Part shown: piece by piece, positions 20,599 through 31,980 of the stretch
Position numbering within the stretch: the first letter of the stretch is position 1
How the letters are laid out: every line of letters starts with the position of its first letter
Assembly (NCBI RefSeq): GCF_000400465.1
Contig: NW_008806282.1
Span: 404,659 to 436,658, forward strand
Length of the DNA stretch: 32,000 nt
Direction of reading: 5' to 3'
Origin: Wallemia ichthyophaga EXF-994
Taxonomy: Eukaryota > Fungi > Basidiomycota
Program-made: the position numbers and the translations under genes
The notes under the pieces: generated by a model
What the model was told of the DNA's origin: nothing
The model's input: the letters and a program-made list of their open reading frames with translations, nothing else
The model's database searches: none

Positions 20599-22558
20599 AT
20601 GTCCTCACAGCCGGTGGCTTCACTCAACGCCCCACCAAAGCTAAAGATACGCCCAACAAAGCTTTCAGCGGGACAATGTTCGTATGTATCGTTGTGTAAG
20701 GTATGTGTGGTTCTGGCCATTTGAAGACATTCTAACACCAGCCAAAGCTTGTACTACGCAAGAGAATGATTAGATTGGTTCTACTCACATTCCTCTCCAC
20801 TTGCACTATCTTCTCTGTATCCACTTCAAATCTAAATGATAGAATCTGTGGGTTTTTGGATAATTCAAAGATAATATCACTCAAATATATCAACAGCATC
20901 CACAATATCACTCAATAGATTTTTATTCGCTGCAGTTGCCTTCTCTCTCAGCGTAATTCCAATCATTATAACCCGCAAATTGGCCTTGATAAGTGGGTTA
21001 AGAGTGTGTACTGTAAATATCCACACTCACACATACACCAGCCAAGCCTCCTCCTTCTCCTTCCTCTCCTTCCCAACGAATCAAATCTTTTCTCCTCAAT
21101 AACAAAACATACAGCTCTACCAGTGTATATGCCCTAAGCGCTGTTATATACGCTATCTCTTTCCTCGCTTGCGTCTCTACTCACGAAGAAGACGCCCAAT
21201 TCACCCCTTTCACCACTCACAAACGACGCGGCTGGCAGTTCAACGAGAGGTTCATCTTCTTTATATTAAACGCTATTGTTCTCGCAATCAGCTACTCGAT
21301 CTACCAGCTCTGGACTGACCGTTTCATCACGCGTTTCCCTTCCAACATCTCACAATCCATTTCTGAACGCGTACTAACACACTTGAAGCGTAACTTGGCC
21401 AGTGGTGTCAAGTTTTCCATCATTACCGTCCTCACTTGCCTTTCAAGCTACTTTCTACTCAAGAAGCCCATCTACCGCACACTCGCGACGTTCTCCCTTT
21501 CGACTTTCAGACCCCACCTGTTCTCCCTCCTGCGCCAGAACAATCTCTCGTTCGGGCTAATTCTCCGCACTATGCTCTTCACTATCAGCCTCACCACTAC
21601 ATGGGAAGTCGCCAATACGCTCTTTGACGTCTACAGCGTGCACCCCATGCTGATATCGAAAGTATCGCCCGCCTCCAACGACTGTCTACTCGATGGACTC
21701 GGCTGTGAAGACACGTATTACCGACACCTCGCCTATCTCGAATTCGTGATGGTCTTCTCCACCGACAAGCAACGCCGGCTGTCCGTGTACGGCGACATCA
21801 ACCGCAACCCTACTTCCTGGGATAAGTACCTTGGCTTGGCCGTGAAAGAGATGAGTGATGGTAGGAATAAGGTGCTGTCGAGAGGCGCGACAAGTGATGC
21901 AGCCATTGATAAACCTTTCCACCACTTGAACACTCCTAGCACAGCCACTTCCACCGCCACCTCCAGCTCCGGCAAACACCTAAGAGTGCTTCAGGATGAG
22001 AAGATCTACCAACGTCCTCCCAGAAATACATTCGAGAGTACAGTCGATCAATCACAATCACCAAAGAGCACTCCAAGCTCCCTCCTCAAGGATGCACCCA
22101 AACCACTCGCTAAAGGTACACAAGATGCTGTCATAGGCTTTGATAAGCTCCTCCCTAAAGATTTGCTAAGGATGCTTCGAAAGATACTCAACGGGAATGA
22201 GCAGGCTGTAGTGAATGCCAAAATTAAACTCATGGCACCTGAAATGAAACTAGTCAGTCTGTCTGCACTCGGATTGGCTTACCTTGGAGCAGCTTCGATC
22301 AACGAGGATCAGTACGGTCTCATCCAACACAGTATACCTCACGTAATCGCTCAGCTAACCGAGACTCTCATTGTTTATGAGCGTTTCCAATCGGAGCTAC
22401 TTAAATCCACTACACATATCCACGAGTTCAACACTAGAATGCAGGAATTGAGGAATGCACTCTCAGTTATCCTTGTCGCGTTTAAAGATTACATAGCCAC
22501 TTTCAATCTAGATGAACAGGTTTCGGGTAGGGTTGATATTGCTCTTAGAGATTTGTAG
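20599..22558 (+). CDS. NDC1: Transmembrane nucleoporin Ndc1
   Basis: N-terminal YVSLCKPKLVLRKRM and hydrophobic segments. C-terminal YYRHLAYLEF..RRLSVY, SLSALGLAYLGAASINEDQYGLIQHSIP, AFKDY. Introns with donors at 20701, 20848 and 20993. Confidence 0.85.
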
Positions 22559-22607
22559 GGTTGTGGCATGTACAACTGTTAATTTATTTCTTACACTTAC
22601 ATATCGC

Positions 22608-25020
22608 TCACGCGCGCAACGCTATAACTATCCCCCATTGTTGGATGAGTGAGGAGACGACATCGTGAACTTTATCGTGAACTTTATCGCGCACTGAATT
22701 TACCGCTCCCGGCGACTTGCTCTCGCACTCCTCTTCCACCGCCACCAGTGTCTCTACAACCATATCACGCTTGGCGGAGTCCCCACACCTATCCCATACA
22801 CCCGCCAAAGCATACAGACAGTCGCAGCGCCTGGTAGCATCTTGCAGTTTCTCATAGATATGCTCAGCCTTGATGAGGAGTGCGCCAGCCATTCGCATGT
22901 CTGTGGAAGATGTCAGATTGGTTGTGTCGCCAGCTGAACCAATTACCGTCATCTGCGATGGCCTTCTCGGCATATATTGCACACGCTCGCGCCTGTACCG
23001 CGCGGTCGGGGGAGTGGATAGCTCTTTCGAACATTCCGTCGCTGTCGCCCACATCTATACCATACTGATAGCGCGTCTCCATCCCGACCAGCTCAACAAA
23101 TGCTCTGAGTTTGAGAGGGAAATACTGGCGAGTGTCAGCCATCTTGAATGCCAACAGGAGATGCTCGAGTGCGAGATCCCTATTGCCCTGTGTAAGAATG
23201 GCGTGTGAGAATTGAGTTGAGTGGTAAGTAGAGTCACCAAACACCCACATCACTTGCAATACATTGCGAAATTAGCCCATCAATCCTGCCTATCATACCA
23301 ACCTCACTAGACGCAGCCGACGCAGGGCCTTTCCTGTGTTGGTTCCTGGTTTTCGGTTCAGTCGTGTCTATCATCACTCTTCACCACCCACATTCTCTGT
23401 GAACGGCGTCGCAGCACTGCCCATACTCCCTCTGTCCAGGTTGCATACTCGACGAGATTGATCTCGCTCAGCAGCTTCTCATCGAACAGGCACTGTAGTG
23501 CTCTTGTGTAGTCCCCGTTCTGCGCATACTGGTTGGATATATTTATGCGAGTTGTTAGCTGTGCAGATGTGTGCCACGTATCGCCATGTGTTGCCAATTT
23601 TTGGTATATGTCGCGGATAGATTTGATGCCTGTGTTGAGTATTTCGATTGTTAGTTGTGGTTGTGCATAGCTACGCTTCTAAGACGCACCAGCTAGCTCC
23701 CATATCGCTGCATTCACAGCTGCCCATGTCTGTAGTGATGCATCCACCTTATCAAGTGCAGATGCCTCATCCAGCCTCACCAGCGCTCTGGTAGAGCGGG
23801 TCATCAACTCGCTCAGCTTATCGCCCTGCGTGTCTTCGTTGGAGGTTTTCAGCGTGTATACACTTGACTCACATTACCAATCGCTACCCTAATATCAAAC
23901 AACTCGTCCATCACCGTTATGTCGTCCGAGGCGAGCGATTTCGCATGGGGATCGGGACAGGCAAGCTTTCTGTCTAGCTGGCGAAGCAGTCTGTTAGACA
24001 GTTAGAATGAAAACGTCGCAAAAAATAAACCCACCTGTTGCACCCATTCAGTGTCTCTATATCCTTCGATATCCGAGACATGGTGAGCGACTCATTGAGC
24101 ACACGCCGAGCCTCCTCTATCACACCCTGAGAAATGAAGAAAGACGCCAGCGATAGCAAAGCGTGCTGGTGCGAACCTGAGCCGGTTATGGTATCCGAAT
24201 TGATTGACGAAGGTCTGTAGTCGAAGAATTTGCGCAGGCTATCAGAACCGCTGTGAATATCAGATTTGTTGAAAGCAGTCTGGAATCTGTAGAGGAAGTT
24301 GGAGAGATAACAGCAAGATAAGGACACGTACTCATTGAAAGCTTCGACACGTCTTGGAATGATCTCATCGACTTCTGAACTTGACCAGGAGAGTACTGAG
24401 AGTAAATTTATATAAGCCTGATGAGAAGAAACCACTTGAAACTTACATTGATGCTCATATTGGCCGACTTGGGAGACAGAAGTATCGGTAGAAATAAATG
24501 CTTGAAATGCATTGAGGAGGTCTATGGAGCCTTCAAAGGTGAGGTTCGATTTGGTGGAATAGGCTTTGCGGATAAAAAGGCCAAATAAGCTGAATGGGTC
24601 GATTTGGTGATCTTGATAGATCTGAGTGGGAATAACGGGGTGTAATTATGAGTACGAGTGGTATGAAAGCACTCCAAACTCACTCCATCTGCCATTGGCT
24701 GTATCAGATTGAAAATATCCTTATAAAAGTCATCGAGATCGTTTACGGTTGTGATTCTACTTGGAAACTCTCGAAGTTGGCTGTAGAGTGTACGACTGTT
24801 ATCCAAATCCAATGAATCGCTCAGAAGATTCTTCCAGTTGTGCTCAACCTTATCGGTCTTGGTTTGAATGAGTAGGCGTGACTAGGCTGGTATATTTTCG
24901 ACTCACTTGCAATATCAACTTAGTTATGTAAATTAATAAGTTATTGTATAATGTCTCGTTCTTTGTCTTAATTTCTAATCTCTTAGTCAAATATATTAAA
25001 ATCAATACCTTCAATTCCAT
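22608..25020 (-). CDS. APC5: Anaphase-promoting complex subunit 5 (multi-exon; internal boundaries approximate)
   Basis: MELKVLILIYL.., IDPFSLFGLFIRKAY..LTFEGSIDLLNAF, FFDYRP..HQHALLSLASFFISQGVIEEARRVLNESLTMSRISKDIETLNGC (Apc5 domain), then a TPR-like helical C-terminus. Confidence 0.82.
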
Positions 25021-25063
25021 TTTGAGGTGACGTGACGGTACAAGTATGACACCTATTATATTC

Positions 25064-27613
25064 TCAATCATCATCACTATTATAAGTTAAATACACCATA
25101 TCCCCTTCATCTGGTGATATTATCAGCGTTAGCAGATCCCGACCCACTTCCGACAGATACTCCATATCTTCCTTATACGTCTCACTTAGAAAGTCCGGAC
25201 ACTGTGCAAATGCTATCCGCCCTAGACTCACTATACACATGTGTTGAAATGATGCTCTATTATTTTGCAGCTTTTGAGCCAATTTCGCCTCGTTGGTTGT
25301 TATTATTAACTTGTGTAGCAGATGCAGCGTCGGTATTATTCGATCAACCACCATCTCTGTCGAGTACTCCATCTCTGAAGGATAAAGCATTACGCTGTCT
25401 TCGTTCCACAGCATACCACTGTCTTTTGCCAACAGGTTGATCAAAGAAGGTATCAATACTTTGCTGTCAGCTAGCGTCGTCAGTACCGTATCATCATCTA
25501 CAGATACCGTATGTAGTAATGATAAGATTAAAAGCTGGTGATGGTGCGTGTCTAATGCTGTCATTCCTCCATGTCGTGTCGTAAGGTATCCAGAGAGCAT
25601 ACTCAATAATGTTGCATTGTACCCGTTCTCTGCGCTAGGCACTTGATTGCTTCGTGGCTGGTTTAATATTCCCACTGTCAAAAGCCTATGCGCAGACGCG
25701 AATAACAGAAACCTTGTCCATCTATGTACACACCACCATTTCTGACTTGGTAGCAGTGGTATTTGTAAAGCCTCCGAGTTTATCAAAAGCGGAGTCAATC
25801 TAATCTACGTTAGTTTGTACTATCAATAAACCCACAAAACTCACTTGTTCGGATAAATATCTTGAGATTGGAGCACTATAATTTCGAGCAAATTTAGTAC
25901 ACAGTCTGTGAGATTATCTTTGATCACTTCTTCTACTATCAATTCAGGCTCGTTGGACTCTTCAACGCCCTTGATACTCTTACCCGGCTTCAAGTGGGCA
26001 AGTATGAGGTCGATTATAGATGACACAAGCGATACTCCCTCTCTACCACTACTGGGATCCAACAGACACCCCAGTATATTTTCATGTGCATAGACAAGAG
26101 ATGCCAGCAATGCTAATGTCTCAGCTAGATGGGAGAGCATTTGACAGTTGAGGAAAACCTGCACGAAGACGTTTAGACTCTTAACGACCTTATTAATGGC
26201 ATCGCCCTGATCGAACTCCATCACCGTCTCCCCAAATGTCTCGAGCAGCTTTATAGATGCCTTGTTATACCTTTCCACATCTCTAGCTACAGCATTTTCA
26301 TCAAACGGTGCATTTAAGATTAGTTGAAGTGTCAGCTGTCTATATGCCTTGGTTGATATTGAAGGATAGCAGCATATATGACTGAAGATAAGCTGCGTAA
26401 TTTCAGTCCAGACGTTAGAGACGCCAGCTTTCTCAGCTGAGATTTCTTTGCTTTTCTGCAAGAAAGGCTGCTCGCTTTCCCAGTCCATATCGTCGCCATC
26501 TCTATTTATGCGAGTCTTGCCTATGTTTCCATTTGCTTTTGCATTTGCACGTGCTGTTGCTGGCTTGTGTATTGCATGAGGCGCAGTTGTCTTACTGCGC
26601 GTGTGAGAGGACGGCGAAGCAGCGGCGAACGAGTCGTGAAAGTCGCTGAAGCCTTCAAGAGGCGGTCTTGGTTGACGCCGCTGTGTTTTTTCCGGGCTGG
26701 CTGTGCTAATTCTCGATCGTGACAACTCCGAAGTCTCAGCTTCGTGTTGCTGTAGTTATTCGAGCATGGTCAGTGAGACATGTCAAGCAAATACAACGAC
26801 TCACTTTGAACATCATGTTGACTTCCATCTTCTCGTTATTCGCCTCAGACTTCTTGTTCAGCTCGCTATTGAGTGCGATTAAACGCATATTCTCCATACG
26901 AAGCTTCTCCCTTTGTGTCTTGAGCTCTTCTTGATCCTTTGTGCATAGTTATATGGTGCACTACGCAACAGCAACTAGAAGCACTCACTTTCAATGCCTG
27001 TCTTCTGACTGTCTCAATTTCACCCTGAGCGCGAAAATTAATCTCGTATTGTGCATTCAACTGGTTCGAAGTCTGCATTCGTTTCTCCATTTCCTGAGAG
27101 AGGTTAGAATGAGGCTGCAAAATGCGCCATCCTCCCCACCTCATCATGCTGTCTACGCAACCTCGCAATCTCGACTGCAAGACCACTGCCACTGCTACCT
27201 CGCGAAGAAGGAGCAGCAGCAGAAACAGCAGACGTAGCGCGCACGGGCTCAACATTAAACGCCGGTGTAGACCTAGCCTGAGCAGATGCCCCAAACGATT
27301 TATTATCTAAATCTAAGCTTCCATCCTCACCATTATGTTGGTTATCGGTAGCAAGTGGATTCCTAAAGGCGGAGGCGGGTTTTGAGGGCTTGGGTATATC
27401 AAGGCGTTGCGCTGAGCGTGCGAGAGTGTTGGATATCGAAGGACCAGTTCTCCGTGTTAGCTTGCGTGGTGGTGGATCGTCGGGAGAAGGCACATCGATG
27501 GGAGAATCAAAGGGCTTTGGCTTCTGTGAGGCTAGGAAGTGGGCCTCAGTAGCTGCTATCTTATTCAGCGTTTCTGGATCGAGATCGAAATCTTCGATAT
27601 CATCATCAGACAT
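25064..27613 (-). CDS. Rad26/ATRIP/Lcd1-like checkpoint protein (ATR/Mec1 partner)
   Basis: Acidic N-terminus MSDDDIEDFDLDPETLNKI, RAQGEIETVRR plus coiled coil, helical repeats, and C-terminal FQHMCIVSLGRIAFAQCPDF..GRDLLTLIISPDEGDMVY, as I recall for fungal Rad26-like proteins. Several GT-AG introns. Confidence 0.75.
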
Positions 27614-27684
27614 TTAGATAACGGTGGTTTGAGTGCAAGAAACAAGAAATACAAGTAAATTTACAATAAAAGATCAGCAAAGCT

Positions 27685-28581
27685 TCAATCGTGACAGATT
27701 GACGCGGCGTACTGCTCAACAGATGTCCAAGGAACATCAAACATCTTGTCGTCATTATGGACAGAAAAGTCTATTGATCCTTCGCTGGCGATTAGGTGCA
27801 TAGTGGCTTTAAATGCATCAGTTGGATCACCCTGAATCTTACCAGACTTGAATTGCTCGTATTTCTCGAGGTATTCATCTCGCTTCTGGTCAACAAGTAC
27901 AACAGGCTGCTTGGTCTTCTCCTCAAAAATCTTGGCGTAATCGTGAATAGTTTTGCAATCTGAGCAAATGTATATCTCGTCTTTGAGTGCACCAATATGT
28001 TCAAATGGTGTGGCTGCCAACAAGGCAACAACAGAGCTGAGATCGTTGAGTGAGGTGACAGCGACTCTCTCCTTTGAAGAAAGCACCTTCCACTCAAGCT
28101 GTTTCATGTCAAATAGTTTACCAAACGTGAATTCCATGATGATTCCATTGTAGAGGCTAACAGTCTTGAAATCGAACTGCCTAGCATGCTCGCGGTGACG
28201 CTGCTTTGCTTCAAAGACAGAAATCTTATTGAATTGCGTTTTGTGGTAGTCGACGCCAAACTCTGAGGGAATGTAGAGCTTGACGTTGGTAGAAGCCATT
28301 GCAGCGAGAAGCTTATCAGCCGATGCAGAGGTTTCTGGGGTGATACTGACTGCTGAGACAACAACGTCAATTCCTTGGAGTTGCTGCATTAGATTTTGCT
28401 CGTCGTTGTAATCGAGGTGGATGGTTTCATCGGCATTTGCGATAGTCGTGGGTCTGTTGACACCTGCAACAACCCTCCCAAGCTTGCCATTCTCTTTGGC
28501 AATAAGGAGTTTGTTAAAGATACGCTGACCGACAAAGCCAGTTGGGCCAATAATCAAAACTGTTGAGTTGCTTATAGTCAT
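27685..28581 (-). CDS. NmrA/isoflavone-reductase-like NAD(P)-binding oxidoreductase (298 aa, intronless)
   Basis: VLIIGPTGFVGQRI (Rossmann), GIDVVVSAV, VKLYIPSEFGVDY and VFEAK. Confidence 0.9.
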   Translation of the reverse strand: MTISNSTVLIIGPTGFVGQRIFNKLLIAKENGKLGRVVAGVNRPTTIANADETIHLDYNDEQNLMQQLQGIDVVVSAVSITPETSASADKLLAAMASTNVKLYIPSEFGVDYHKTQFNKISVFEAKQRHREHARQFDFKTVSLYNGIIMEFTFGKLFDMKQLEWKVLSSKERVAVTSLNDLSSVVALLAATPFEHIGALKDEIYICSDCKTIHDYAKIFEEKTKQPVVLVDQKRDEYLEKYEQFKSGKIQGDPTDAFKATMHLIASEGSIDFSVHNDDKMFDVPWTSVEQYAASICHD

Positions 28582-28784
28582 TACAGTTCAAGTCTAACGA
28601 GTAGATTGCGTGTGGGCGCGATTTTATAGACCTAGACTAGACACGCATGTCTCGTTACAGGCGTGCTATATAGCTTCCAGTGTAAATTGAATATTCCAGA
28701 ATCCCCGATGTATGATAGTCTAAATATTCAAATTTCAAGCATTATAAAGAGGCTACGCGTTGGTTGAACCTATTCAACTTATTC

Positions 28785-29304
28785 ATGCTCAGCCTGTGCC
28801 AAAGAGTACTGCCAAAGCCTGCAATAAATATAGGTAGAATGTCCTCTAGCGTTGTGTCCCAAGAATGTCCTTGTCCTCCTCACCGCAGCGACGCTTCACC
28901 AAGTTTATTGAATAATGATGAAATGGCCGAGATAATTCCAAAGCTGGAAAACTACAAGCAGCGCGATAACAGCATAGAGAGGCTCTACACGTTTAAAGGG
29001 TTTAGAGGAGCCGTTAAGTTTATAAACGCCGTCGCAGATGAATGCGTGAAGCATAATGTGAGTTGGGGTGTTTGAATCATAGCCACAGCCACAGCCCACA
29101 GCTCACCGATAACAGCACCATCCAACGATCACCAACATGTATGGTCATGTTAGACTGAATTGGCTGACGCACTCCACAGCGCAAGCCGTGCCTGGGATTA
29201 CATCGAAAGACATTGAGCTAGCGTGGGAATGCAACAAGGCTTATCAAACAGCATTCGGTGCTAGGCCTTATAACGATAGAGAGAGGGAATTGGAAGGAAT
29301 GTAA
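28785..29304 (+). CDS. Pterin-4a-carbinolamine dehydratase family protein (COG2154) with a putative mitochondrial presequence
   Basis: MLSLCQRVLPKPAINIGRMSSS..IERLYTFKGFRGAVKFINAVADECVKHN, intron 29058-29115, then HHPTITNMYGHVRLNWLTH..PGITSKDIELA. Confidence 0.88.
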
Positions 29305-29388
29305 ATTAAACGCTTATTTTAGATATATCCTGTTTATTACTTGATACGATCATTATCACCTCTGCCAGAAGCGTTGAGGAGCTGCGAA

Positions 29389-29901
29389 ATGGGAAATGCG
29401 ATTCAAACTTTATTCGATCCACCTTTACCTGATCTAATCAGGGTGGCTATACTCGGCTGCAGATACCTAGCCTTTGGCGTCGCTTTCCCTATCATCTTCT
29501 TGATGTCAGTCTGTTTATCTTGATTTGAAGAAAACCTTCTCAATCTCAATTCCAGGCTACTTGACGCATCTGCTTACGTTGTTTTCAGAACTCTCGGTGT
29601 TTACGCTAGACGTGTGCGTGTGGTCGATAACGTTTCAAATCCAATTGCTGTCGATATAGCCACAATTAGTTCTGTTGAGAAGAAGGAAAACTCTTCCCTC
29701 ATCAGAAATGCTTTTCTCGAAGGCATAAACAATGATAATTTCAATAAACGCTCTAATATCAACAAACAATGTTTGAAAACTTTGGCTAGCAACTTGAAAG
29801 CTAGCTCAAATGATCTACACGCTCATAAAGCAGCAAATATTCCTCTACCTCCAGACGCTGACAGGGGTTTAAGACATCGTCAGCCTCTTACTGCTGCTTG
29901 A
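29389..29901 (+). CDS. Hypothetical small membrane protein (153 aa), one intron
   Basis: ORFs 29341-29523 and 29614-29901 share a frame with one TGA between them. Intron 29505-29555 (GTCAGT..CCAG, phase 2 to phase 2, 51 nt) removes it: MGNAIQT..YLAFGVAFPIIFLMLLDASAYVVFRTLG.. Confidence 0.6.
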
Positions 29902-30709
29902 ATACACCCTCCTTGGCCTATTGGTCGCAGTTAGCATACCTCCACGCATTTCTTCACGACGACACAAATACATTTGTATTACTAGCGGTAGTGGGGTAAT
30001 CTCAATCTCACAAGGGCTCTCTCAATCTCGGTCTGTCTTCTCTTTTCCTCTTCATCTTCTTCTCGCGGTCTCTAATTGAGCATAGTTCGCTTCGCTCTTG
30101 GTTAAATCTCATGTAAAAGTATACAATATATCAGAGCATGTAGTGTGTCTTTGTTGTGGGTGTTGTGGGTGCTGTGCTTGTCGTGGTTGCTGATTAGGCT
30201 GTTCCGATGGCAAAAGAAAGACATCGAAATATAAATCAATGTTATCAATTTATTCCACTCTCACTACCGATAAATTTCTTATCGCCTATTCGCGTTTGTA
30301 GATCCCTCGTTCCTGGCCGTGGATCCGATATCTCAGCCAATAAGAGCCCCTGGTTGCTGATAAAACGAATTTGCAGTATCGGCGCGTAGCTTGTCTATGT
30401 AATTACTACACTAGAATTCATTAATGCTATAAAATTTCATGATTTCTTTGAGGAATCGCAAAAATCTTAATTGTTCGGCTTAAAACAGGACGACGATAGG
30501 AAGAAGAGCTCCTACATATTTTCACGGCCGTAATTATCTCAATTCTTATTCATTCTTCCTGGTTTACTTCCACGCTACTGTCTTATCATCTGAATATCAC
30601 CTAACCAACTTAAACGAATACAATTATGTTCTCATAAAAGAAAAAGTAAAAGGCGCACATAAAGCTGAAGGAAACAACAAGTGAACTTCGAATCAGGCAG
30701 CAGCTCTGA

Positions 30710-31980
30710 GCAAGTACCAGAAATTTATCCAGCTTCAGTCGTGCTCGATCTCTATTACAGCCTCTATCCAGAAAGATTAAACAGTCTCATGAGCTTGAAA
30801 TTGGTGTTAATGGTACCTCTCACGATGGTCACCATTCTCGATGTCCGAACCGCCCAGACGTGCCAGATCCAGATCCCACACTCTACGAGATACCAGTTGT
30901 TGTCATCAACTTGAAAGCTTTCGAAAAAGCGAAGCAGGTCCCAGTACTCGACAAACAGCTTCAAAAGTTCAGGAAAAAAAGCAAAACATAGAGGAAGTCA
31001 TCTGGGCAGACAGTGGACAATCAAAAATGGACAGCAGCTTTAAAGAATGCTCAAAACGAGTACAAGATTGTGAAGAGTTGCGCTCAATCGCATCGACTGA
31101 TTTGCATATCATAGTGTATGAGGGGCTGCGTGAATCAGATCAAAGTGGTGGAACGGCTTTTTGGAAAAATCAATACAGTATTCTCACGGACAATTATAAG
31201 GGTGACTACAATTAGCAATTGTCAAAGTCCTACACCAGCAATGACGCTACTCAGCGTCTCTCTATCGCTTGTAATACCTTACTAGGCATTCTTTCTACCT
31301 TTGCCGATTATCAACATTTTTATTCAGACCAAGCTTACTCGTTCAAAGACGAACACTTTCTCAATATGGCAAAGCTTGACTCTAAAAGTGGGTGATGCAT
31401 ATTTAGCAAAATCCTGCTAGTCTGCCAATATATAATCTGCTAGTATTGAAATCTTGAAGTTTCACTTTATCAATACGATCGAGCAAGAGTATTCCGCCGA
31501 ACCATTCTTAGCCTTACATAACATCAAACTTCTCATCCTGACTTTCGAGCTCAACGATGAGCCAAACGGCTTACTGGTATACAAGCGCGACGGATATTGT
31601 GTTTTCCAACTCGTTAATGACATAAACGATATTGAGAAAGCTCATCACTGACTCATAAACACATTGCTGAATTTTATCAAATTAGAACTTGGTATATCTC
31701 AATATCAATGAATGCCTCATGACAACAACAGTGATGCTGAGCTTTGTTTGACAGGTCAAAAATTCAGCGATGAAAACCTGAGGTGGTGCAGTTGAAGAAG
31801 GAGCATATTAAAACTATTCAAATCCTTACGCATGTCTTGATCTAACTCTAGCAATAGAAAATTTCTGCACAAACACCTTCTCAGCTGTCTGCAAACTCAG
31901 CTCTAAGGAGCTATAGAATTGGATTAATAAGTTCCAAATAGCATTAACAATAATTTTTAGAAGACGATATTGGAAAAAAT
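30710..31980 (+). pseudogene. Possible degenerate or highly diverged coding region
   Basis: Successive protein-like open segments (30710-30991, 30841-31215, 31216-31395, 31442-31651 and further fragments) are broken by single stops and frame changes. The region is AT-richer than the rest and shows no recognisable family. Confidence 0.3.

Noticed and set aside
24541-27072. GGTTCGA T-loop-like strings at about 24543 and 27063 as tRNAs
   Set aside because: Both lie inside coding exons and have no cloverleaf stems or A box.
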